From NCBI GenBank assembly GCA_965644265.1, contig OZ286459.1:71114001-71178000 (forward strand): 64,000 nt of DNA. Reading direction: 5' to 3'. The position numbers were made by a program, and so were the translations under genes. Origin of the DNA: Glycera tridactyla. Taxonomy: Eukaryota. The notes beneath the pieces are model-generated. The model did not search any database and was not told the origin of the DNA. It saw only the letters and a list, made by a program, of their open reading frames with translations. Each line of letters starts with the position of its first letter. The stretch's first letter is position 1. This document shows positions 54,822-64,000 of the stretch, one piece after another.

Positions 54822-55829
54822 CCGTATATACTCGCATATAAACCTTCTCCGCGTATAAGCCGGGGGTACGATTTTGCCTCTAAAAGTCGGGATTTAGTCA
54901 ATTATTCCGCTGAGTGAACACGGTGACGAGTGCCGTGATACATCAAAGACAGGCATGTAGAGAAGCCAGTTCGCGGCTTACCCCAGCTATTGTTTGTTCG
55001 TTCGCGCCTTCATACTTCAATGATTCACGGGTACAATCCATGCTGAAGCGATCTCCGCCAATGAAAACACGTGTCTAGGCCAAGTGAGCATATATTTCGT
55101 GAGCAAAACGAAAGGCTGGCTTCTCCAACATCGATTTGGGCGCCATTGTTTGATCATGTGACGAGACTGGCATCCCCGGATGTACACCAAAACACGGAAC
55201 CAGAATACCTAATTAACATATGGCCTTGACCTCATCATCTGAGCGAGTTGGCGGAACTTTCTCGAATAGGTGTTTCTGTCCAATGTTTTCATCACGTTTA
55301 TGGCGAATTTGTCGGGATCTTCTACCAAACGATCATCATTCGTGCCATTAGAGTAAATATCCGTACAAGTGGGACTATTAATTGACATCCGGAAGTATTT
55401 CGCACGTTTCGAGAGCGATCGTGAGTTTTCAGCATCATTCTGTCAACCGGCAAGTGTTTCGCAATGGCGTCTATACTCGTGTCAGATTCCGTGTCACAAA
55501 AATATTAATTTCTCGAGAACCACGCAATGAATCAATTAACGGCTTATGGCATGATAAATAGAACAATATTGCTGACAAATCTCCGGCATGGATAGGATTT
55601 TATTTGTTGGGGAACTTCGTCAAATTCGATGACATTTGCACGTGTTTTTGTTGGTTCTTTCGAAATCCAAGATGGCGGCTGTCGCGAGTAAAGCCCTTAC
55701 TTGCTCACGGGTCTTCTTTCACATTGACATTTGGCTCTGACGAATTTCATACTCGCGTATAAGCCGCCCCCCTACTTTTTCCCCGATTTTTTGTCGTCAA
55801 AAAACGGGCTTATATGCGAGTATATACGG
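54822..55829. mobile_element. Non-autonomous Tc2/pogo-group DNA transposon (1008 bp)
   Basis: Perfect 20-bp TIR CCGTATATACTCGCATATAA, TA TSD (54820-21 and 55830-31), subterminal GCGTATAAGCCG repeats and a CpG-rich interior. No transposase ORF. Confidence 0.92.
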
Positions 55830-57215
55830 TATATCATTACCTTACCCCCACAATTGTGGCATACATCTCACAGTTTGCACTATCTCAAGACAGTGCCCAT
55901 CTACTTTCCACCTTCGCTGTTTCTATTACAATTACACACCTCTCCCACTAACCAGGGAGTTCCAATATTGCCTTTTCTTTCCCGAGCAATTCTGAAGACT
56001 GGAATCCACTTTATTCACCAGTGCCTTGAAACAAATAACTTGAAATAGGAGTAACATAGGTTGTGAGATGGGAGCATGGTTTCTCTGATGAAAATATTTC
56101 CAGGATTACAGGGGTTAATTACTCTATGCACTACACCTGGCTTGTCATTAGCACATGCAGGGAGAAAGAACTGGGAGGCCATTAGTGGGTGTCCGGGGTC
56201 CATTTCATAGGACCATGTGGGATCAGATTCATAGTGAGTGATTTCAAAAACCAAGTTTTCCACAGCCCAAGCAAATTCAAGTATTGAACATATCTAGTGC
56301 ATTGTGAATTTGTCCTTAGGCTTGTGGGGGGGGGGGGGGAGACACTCACACCCATCCCTGTCTCATCATGTTGCCTCATCAGAGACGATCCCCCCTCCTC
56401 CCCATCCCCCACTGTTCTTACTTCACTCACTCCTCAGGTGGTCGGTCATCTCCTCTCACCTGTTGATTAGGATGAGCCAAATATCAGGGGCACTGACAGG
56501 GGCAGGTGCAGCCAGGTACATGCTCAGCCCCCCCCCCCCCCCACCATGCTCACGAACACCTCTACCCAAACAAAGGCACATGCCATGTGAAGTGGACTTA
56601 AGAGATACAGGCGTTGAAACTCAAATTGACGCCTGCTCAATCTTGGGATCACTTGATCAGTTATCCATCAAGCAAACATTCTGACTGATCAAGTCTTCAA
56701 AATTCTCACTCATTAATTCATTCACCGGGGCTTGCAAGGATCCCTGTCGAAGAAGAATAGTGCAAAACTACCGAAATACATGTATATGTTTTCTTTATGA
56801 AATGGAATGAGTGGATCATGGCAAAGTGATCTAACTGTTATCACAAAATTCACAGTTATTCTATAAAACATGGCATAATACTGCAGATCTTTCCAGAACA
56901 AGCCATGGAATAGAAATTCAGAATTTGCCCAATTTGCCATCTTTTATGTATTGCCATTGCAACAGATTTCACAGACATTCATCGAACTCCTTTCACAAAC
57001 TGAGATTGATTGCAACCACCCACTCCACATCTAACAAGACTAACCAATTTTCAGTGAACTTCAGGATGAGAGACCACCCTAAATTGTCTCTAATGGTCTC
57101 ATATAATGTGGTCCTGGTCAGTGGTTTACCTACAGAGTAATTCTGGTTCTCCAGCAATGATGAGCAGGGTTTCTTTCTACTGAGATCGGTGACCATGTTC
57201 ATCAAAGTTCATCTA

Positions 57216-57389
57216 CAGAAAAAAATGCGAGTCAGACCCGCTGACAAGAGACCACCTCTGATGGGAGAATGCTTTCTCAGAGCACCTTGCTTCTTTCACA
57301 GGGTCAAATATACCTCTGACGAGAGGCCACCTATTTTGAGACCGCTTTTTGGTGACATTCAGGGCGGTCTCTGGTCACAGGTTTTCTTG
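57216..57389 (+). mobile_element. MITE family A, diverged full length
   Basis: TA-flanked. Core gtcaaatatacctctgacgagaggccacc..gaccgctttttggtgacattcagggcggtctct. Confidence 0.85.
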
Positions 57390-58399
57390 TAGTATCAGAC
57401 CTCCACCATTATAAAGATCCATGTGATCTGCAATTAATACATAGGAGACACCTCTGTAGGGAGGTTACTTATTGAAACCACTCCACTTGACCCAGATGTG
57501 AATTGGTACTTTTATTATGGGCAGTTAGCATGATTGTGGAGTGCATCAGTCCAAGTGGGTAACTTTGTTTCCGGCTGCATACTACGGAAATGTGAAAGCT
57601 TGCTAGAAAATTTAATCTTGAAATTGGGGTGAAAATGTTGAGAATTCTGAGGGTTGACCACAACAGTTACATCTCTACAAAGATATACAAAGAATATATA
57701 ATATGGCGGGGGGGGGGGGCATAAAACACCTGGCAGCTGCCTGGGGAAATATTTGGATAATTTGTTCTTATGTTCTTTAACAGTCATACATGATGAAGAC
57801 AATGATGACAACAATAGCAGGGACATGCACCTGGCAGAATGGGGCGCAGCACTCTGATTGAATCAGAACCAACTGGGACCACCTGCTGGAGCCGGCTACA
57901 GGTACGGGCAGCTGCAGGAAGGGTCCGCGATCATCCGCTTCTCTCTCTCTTACATAACTACTCCTGAATACAAAGTAATCAGAGTTAGGAGTCGGATAAC
58001 AGAGAGATTGATGTCCAGGGAACAAAGACTGATAAATGAATGGAGGTTCCATGCTCATTTCATGTTCAGAGCTACTCTAATAGCTTGAAATATGGAACAA
58101 ACATTACAATCTAGGAAGTCATTCAGTGATATGCCTAGAAAGGTAAAGGGACATATACAAGAAGATATGCATCTACTGGTACATGAAAGACCACATCGAT
58201 GAGATGTCTAATGGTGGAAGGGAAGAAGTTGCCATTGATCGATAGTTTACTGTTTCTTGCAAGTGTACGACGGATTCACGCAATTTATACGCAAATTGGA
58301 CGTGTGAGTGCACACAGTGCTGCTATGATCTAGAACCAAAAATGCATGTAAACACTGATAAATAAAATTACAAATCAAAAATGTGGGGAGGTCCGTTCT

Positions 58400-58487
58400 G
58401 GGTACGAGTGGTCAAGTGTACAACCTGTCTCACTCGCTGGGTACAAGTGGTCACAGGTACGAGCTGTCTGACATTCGTCAAAACATC
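58400..58487. mobile_element. Fragment of another MITE type with GGTAC(G/A)AG subterminal repeats
   Basis: gggtacgagtggtc, gggtacaagtggtc and ggtacgagctgtctgacattc occur in tandem. Confidence 0.4.
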
Positions 58488-58497
58488 TCCCTCCCCC

Positions 58498-58499
<2 letters not shown>

Positions 58500-58555
<56 letters not shown>
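58500..58555. repeat. (CT)n microsatellite
   Basis: Direct reading. Confidence 0.95.
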
Positions 58556-58642
58556 CACTTCATGCATTTTCCCCTTTAAATTACCACCTCTCTGCTGTAA
58601 ATCGACAACCATTCTTCTTTTTGAAGAAATTTCTTGTTTCAC
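58546..58642 (+). repeat. Dispersed repeat, inverted partner of 61525-61615
   Basis: gcattttcccctttaaattaccacctctctgctgtaaatcgacaaccattcttctttttgaagaaatt matches the reverse complement of 61525-61615. Confidence 0.9.
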
Positions 58643-59314
58643 TTATGATTAACTACCAATCTGTCTGTGAATTCTCCTAAAAACCCAAAGGAATTGAATC
58701 AAATTTGGGGACAGGGGAAAAACTGAACCAACTCTCCCAACAAAAGAGTGACATATTTCCGTTGGTGTGCATATTCCAACAGAAAATATTTTACAGAAAA
58801 GAGCATTACCTGATAGATTTAGGGTCAGGGGAGATACCATACATGGATGGTGAAGTCCTTTGACTGCAGTGGTGAAACCCATTGCCTCAGGTAGTATTTA
58901 GTGGTAAGGACAAATCTTTGTAGTGGCAACAATTTTGTCACTTAACACCTCAAATGCAGCAGATCAACAGTTAATGATACAAAGCTCTGCCAGAAATCGA
59001 TCAATCTGAGATTTTTCAAGAATCATATGAATAGCATGTAGTGGTGGTGATTTCTTATCACTTCTCACTCTGATTGCTCTGTCTTCCTGCAAAAATACTG
59101 ACAGCTGTCAAGCGGGAGAGAATGAAATGATTTCAATCCTTCTTTCTTAGGTGTGGCATCAGTCACTGTTAACTGTTCGACATCCAAGATATCAATAATG
59201 CATACTTTCAGTCTGTGAAGTCTCTAGGGTGTCTCAGTGAAACTGATTCAAATGGCCATGGGGCATTTGATGAACAGATGCATGTTGACATCAAATAGAC
59301 TAACTTTACAACTA

Positions 59315-59500
59315 CAGTTGAACCTGCTATAAAGGGCACCACTAACCTACTATGCAGAAACCAGTCCTAAGCAGCCGCTCTGATCCCCGAAGGAAATCAC
59401 CCAAAATCACATGTTCTAAGCAGCCACCTGTCTTAAGAAGCACCATCCATCGACTCATTATAATCCACCAAATGACAAAATCACCTGCCCTAAGCAGCCA
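59315..59500 (+). mobile_element. CAGT/TA MITE variant with TAAGCAGCC units
   Basis: TA|CAGTTGAACCTGC start and three taagcagcc repeats. The right TIR is not seen. Confidence 0.6.
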
Positions 59501-59653
59501 CACAAGGTTGTGCCAGTCCTGATCCAGTGCAAACATGCGAGCTGATGCTTCAACGAGGTGTGAAAAACTTTCATCTGATCACTACTGTCAGTGCTGAATT
59601 GGAAGCCATTGATGTGGAAAAAATCTAAATGATTGTTTTCAATTACTCCACTT

Positions 59654-59807
59654 CATCGAAGCCTGCGACGAGAGACCCCCTGATGGAGAGACCACCTTCA
59701 ACGGGAGACCACTTTTCCAGGGCAGCTTTTCTATTTGAGAGACCACCTCTTTTGAGAGACCGCTTCTTGGTGACATTTAGGGTGGTCTCTCATCGCAGGT
59801 TTCACTC
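59654..59807 (+). mobile_element. MITE family A with internal deletion
   Basis: Close match to 52695-52870 but lacks the aacatagtcaaatatacccacgac segment. Ends gcaggtttcactc|TA. Confidence 0.9.
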
Positions 59808-60035
59808 TACCAGCGTCGGTCGTGTGATGGATTAGTGACTTAGTTCAACTGCTCAGGAAGCAGAAGAAGATTGTATAGTTGGAAGATGTAGTCCTTGTCC
59901 TGGTTCATCAATATATTTCATCATTCAGTCCTGTTTCCTGGCAAGGATTGAGGTATCTTCCAGGGAGATATATCAGCTGTTGTGGCCTGAAGCGATTGTG
60001 TGTGTGTGTGTGTGACGGGGGGGGGGGGGGGGGGG

Positions 60036-60611
60036 TCCAACCTGACCAAGATGTCGAAAATCGCCGATGGGCGATAATAGAGTATTTTGACGAACAATGG
60101 TCGTTGACAGGTGAAATATCACAGAAACATTCATTAAATGTATTCTCCGGGTTCTATTCGTGTCATATGGGAGAAAACATGGGAATACTATGAGGATACG
60201 ACGAATATTCGCAGAATAGACAGTGATAAAAAGCGACGTCAGCATAACAAATCTCACTTTGACAGGTCAATCCTGTGTTTTCAGACATAGGTTGCCGCGA
60301 TTAAAACCCACGAAATATCGAACTTATAGTAAAAACGATAGTGCGAATGAATTGCTGGGTATAGAATCATGTGATATCCATGCATGAATCTCTCAAATCC
60401 GTCGAATATTTGCCGAAAACAGCGGAAATATCGAGCGGCAAGGACTGGCTTCTTCATCCACGTGCGTGCCGCCATCTTGGATCTGGCCTTCTTGCTGGCT
60501 CAGAAAGTGCGGGAAATTCAAACATCGGGACTATCAAAGCCAGTCGGCAACTTCTCTCTCCCGCGGGAGGGGCGCTTATGAGAGTGGGGGCGCTAATTAG
60601 GGAGAATACGG
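60036..60611. mobile_element. Truncated Tc2/pogo-group non-autonomous element (one TIR)
   Basis: The right end reverse-complements to TA|CCGTATTCTCCCTAATTAGCGCCCC with a duplicated ggggcgct subterminal motif, and the body is CpG-rich. No matching left TIR was found, so the left boundary is approximate. Confidence 0.7.
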
Positions 60612-61236
60612 TAATTGGATTTCACTGCGCTTACTGGTACACTTTCCATTCTTATGTCAGCAAATGAGATCAGAATGAAAAGGAACTCGATGATAGGTTC
60701 AGTGACATCTACTTCCATGTGAGCATGTAGGCTGATGGTCTCACAAGTGATCACCTTCAAAAGCATGAAGACTACCCACAATCAGGCTACATGATCATGG
60801 AAAATTCTATATAAAGCATTTCCTCCACTGGAACTCCAATCACACGCTGAGTTAACTTGAGAAACTTACTCGTCACATCCAGATTTGACAGGGTTCTTTG
60901 CAGTCAATTGAGGGGAATCTGTGATAAGAGACTCCCTCATAATATAAACCCCTAATTTGAGTGATCACTTCTCCAGAGCCTTTTCTCTATTCAAAGAAGT
61001 TGACTGTACCTCTGAGAAGATTGTAAGAAAACTTGATACGCAAGTGGCCTTTTTATAGAGGTGGTGTCTGAAACAGATTTGGCCACTGTCACTGGAGTCA
61101 CAGCATGGGAGAATCAAAGACTATGCAGGAAACTCCTGTCATTCACAAAGCAGGCTTTTCCTATCAAGCTAATTGTAAGAACTAGTTATGGGTAGATGAT
61201 CGTGCGTGTGTGCGTGGGCTATTGGATAAGCAGGTA

Positions 61237-61338
61237 CAGGTGCGAGAGCTAGCTCAAGTCAGGTGGCAGGGAGATGGAGGCAGCTGAAGCTTATCAACAT
61301 CCTGATAATTCCCATGACAAGCAGGTGAATCTCAGGTG
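61237..61338. promoter_or_regulatory. Homotypic E-box cluster (4x CAGGTG, 1x CAGCTG)
   Basis: CAGGTG at 61237, 61260, 61322 and 61333, and CAGCTG at 61281, all within 102 bp. Confidence 0.3.
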
Positions 61339-61524
61339 GGAGGTACACTCAATGAACAGGTAACTAATACTCTAGCACAAATTGAAATCCTATAAGTGTG
61401 ACACCCACCGACAATTTCATCTCTGCAGATCCATGAAATAATCGGCAATCTGTCAATGACAAGCTGCCAAAAAAGAGTGGACTTCAAAAAATGGTGATCT
61501 CCCATTGGAGGGATATGTATATAT

Positions 61525-61615
61525 GTAACAAAAAATTTCTTCAAAAAGAAGAATGGTCGTCGATTTACAGCGGAGAGGTGGTAATTTAAAGGAGGAAAAT
61601 GCTTGGAGAGAGAGA
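61525..61615 (-). repeat. Dispersed repeat, inverted partner of 58546-58642
   Basis: Same match as above. Two substitutions and one indel in the roughly 70-bp core. Confidence 0.9.
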
Positions 61616-62195
61616 GGGTGTGTAAGAGTTTAGTAGAGTAAGGGGATCTCAGAACCTTTCGACAATGTTCGGCTAGTGTTTGGGATTGTTCGGCTAGTGC
61701 TTGGCCCTTTTGCATACGATTCGGCAATCTTCGGCCACGGATAGCGAATTATTGTGGAATAGATCGATACCTCATTTGCATACGCTGATATGACGTCACG
61801 GAGGGGTTTCTCACGGAATAGCCAATGGAGATAAAGTTACACAAATATGTACAGAAATACTCACAGTAATGGTCAGTGGTCTGATGATTCACCCAAAAAT
61901 CAATTTACTTTTACCAGAATGAGTACCAATTCTACTGGTCAATGTTTCCTTGTCTGACTCAATTTTATTGCATCCATTTTCAGCAAGATAGAAATAAATA
62001 TCAAATGTGATGTCTCTCGAACATTTTTCTCGAATATGTTTGTCCATCTTTGGCTTTCCAGTATTGTGTGACTTCTTCTACAGATAGAAGCATACATATC
62101 GATTATAATTGGATAATCAATCAAAACTAGAGCTATTGCCAGAGGCAAATTAATACCCCCCCTCGCCGCTATCAATGAAGGCAAATTGTGCCCGG

Positions 62196-63464
62196 TGACC
62201 TTGACATTCAGCCTCATGACGCCAAAAGTAACGATCGCATCATGAAACCCGGACCTTATGTGGAAAAGATAGCGACGCACTGTTCACATACCAAATATCA
62301 AAGCAATTGCTCAAGGATTGAGGTCAAGAGCCGAAGATGTGATTTCCAGTGAAGTGACCTCCTGTAACCTTGACCTTTGACCTAGTGAAATCAAAATCTA
62401 GTGGGTTCTTTCGCTTAGTATGGGTAATGTGTGCCTGCAATATGAAATTGATAAGGGAAGGCAAACTCAAGATATCATCCGGAAACCATTTCGCCTACAC
62501 ACAGGCAGCTTATAAATGAGTTGTGACATGACGCCAAAAGTAACAATCGCATCATGAAACCCAGAACTTATGTGGAATAGATAGCGACACACTGTTCACA
62601 TACCAAATATCAAAGCGATTGCTCAAGAATTGAGGTCAGGGGAGCCGAAAATGTGATTTCCAGTGATGTGACCTCACGTGACCTTGACCTTTGACCTAGT
62701 GACCCCAAAATCGATAGGGTTCTTTTCCTTAGTATGGGTAATGTGTCCCTGTAATATGAAATTGATAAGGGAAGGCAAACTCAAGATATCATCCGGAAAC
62801 CATTCCGCCTACACACAGGCAGCTTATAAATGAGTTGTGACATGACGCCAAAAGTAACAATCGCATCATAAAACCCGGACCTTATGTGGAATAGATAGCG
62901 ACACACTGTTCACATACCAAATATCAAAGCGATTGCTCAAGAATTGAGGTCAGGGGAGCCGAAAATGTGATTTCCAGTGATGTGACCTCACGTGACCTTG
63001 ACCTTTGACCTAGTGACCCCAAAATCGATAGGGTTCTTTTGCTTAGTATGGGTAATGTGTCCCTGTAATATGGAATCAATAAGGCAAGGCAAACTTGAGA
63101 AATCATCCGGAAACCATTCTGCCTACACACTGGCAGCTTGTACATACATGGATTGTATCAGTGACCTTAACATTCAGCCCCATGACGCCAAAAGTAACAA
63201 TTGCATCATAAAACCCGGAACTTATGTGAAATAGATACTGACACACTGTTCACATACCAAATATGAAAGCAATTACTTGAAAATTAAGGTCAGAGGAGCC
63301 GAAGATGTGATTTCCCATGAAGTGACCTCCTGTGACCTTGACCTTTGACCTAGTGACCCCAAAAACAATAGGGTTCCTCCTCTCTATATGGGTGATGTGT
63401 ATATGTAATATGAAATCAATGAGTGAAGGCAAACTTGAGATATCATCCGGAAACGACTCCGTCT
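62196..63464. repeat. Tandem array of four 312-340 bp units, each a dimer of two related monomers
   Basis: TGACGCCAAAAG anchors at 62217, 62529, 62843 and 63183. TGACCCCAAAA-type anchors at 62386, 62700, 63014 and 63354. Confidence 0.95.
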
Positions 63465-63541
63465 ACAGACAGACGGACAGACAGACAGACGGACAGACGG
63501 ACAGACGGACAGACGGACAGACGGACAGACGGACAGACGGA
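63465..63541. repeat. (GACA/GACG)n microsatellite
   Basis: Direct reading. Confidence 0.95.
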
Positions 63542-64000
63542 TGGGGTGATTCCAGTATACCCCCCCTAACTTCGTTTGGGGGGTATAATAATTCCCAATG
63601 AATAGACTTCAAGAGTAGGGAATGATTCCTTACACTGGTAGCCTCCCAATGTCAGTCCACTATATATGTTAGGTCATAAACTGACAACAACAGTAATTAG
63701 TAGTGTACTCTGGGTCAACACAAATAATTCACAATGGATCAAGGAAAGCGATGGTTCACGACATTGAAATCGCCTCCTGCCACACTGGATTAATGATGGG
63801 TGGTCTAATACCGGCTTCTATCTTGCAGTGCCTTCACATCAATACTAGCACCTCCCTAAGCCATTTCCTTTTCATTTCCTCTTAAGGCATGCTCCCCTTC
63901 TGGCAAGGTCAAGTACTTAGTGTGATCAGTATTCTCGTACCCCCCTCTGGTGGGTCTTTAGGAGGAGGGCACCTGTCATGATCTTGCTGTATAATTTGTC

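Larger units (their letters stand above)
62123..63589. mobile_element. Helentron-associated non-autonomous element (HINE / DINE-1 / pearl-like) with an internal tandem array
   Basis: 5' aaaactagag plus a small hairpin ttgcc-aga-ggcaa and subTIR taatacccccc. Central array of tgaccttgacctttgacc-type monomers, a (GACA/GACG)n microsatellite and a terminal hairpin tatacccccc..ggggggtata (63556-63587). AA flanks on both sides. Confidence 0.88.

Noticed and set aside
54993-55004. 12-nt match to the miR-375 5' end (TTTGTTCGTTCG)
   Set aside because: The match ends at 12 nt, no precursor hairpin is evident, and it lies inside a transposon.
58810-58863. 54-nt in-frame minus-strand pseudo-exon (cag|...cag|gtaatg)
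   Set aside because: Poor pyrimidine tract, no protein similarity and a TE-rich setting. It shows that such candidates arise by chance.
241-63885. Supplied six-frame ORFs other than 15461-15652 (for example 17046-17486, 18634-19065, 45075-45428, 11944-12219)
   Set aside because: No recognisable domain, compositions look random, and lengths of 60-150 aa are expected by chance. Several are held open only by N-runs or microsatellites.

Overview
Animal genomic DNA from a draft scaffold with four short N-gaps. It is roughly 40% GC and visibly CpG-poor, and the repeat types suggest a marine invertebrate (inference). Only one protein-coding exon is recognisable: a 129-nt minus-strand exon (15469-15597, phase 1/1) encoding the N-terminal half of RRM2 of a CELF3-6 / bruno-3 / unc-75 RNA-binding protein. 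I found no other CELF exon, so the window is mostly very large introns or upstream DNA of that gene. The rest is non-coding: about 25 copies or fragments of TA-flanked CAGT-ended MITEs (densely clustered at 50.6-54.8 kb), a MITE>MITE>SINE nested insertion, two CpG-rich Tc2/pogo-type non-autonomous elements, a Helentron-type (HINE/DINE-1-like) element with a heterodimeric tandem array, microsatellites and many poly-G/C runs. The best lead is a promoter-like region at 49.5-50.3 kb. It holds a candidate alternative first exon (Met-Val-Gly) that would splice in frame to the RRM2 exon, giving an RRM1-less CELF isoform, with UG-rich CELF-type sites that suggest autoregulation. I see no clear evidence of a wholly new biological system. 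The supplied ORFs other than 15461-15652 look spurious. All alignments and counts were done by eye.
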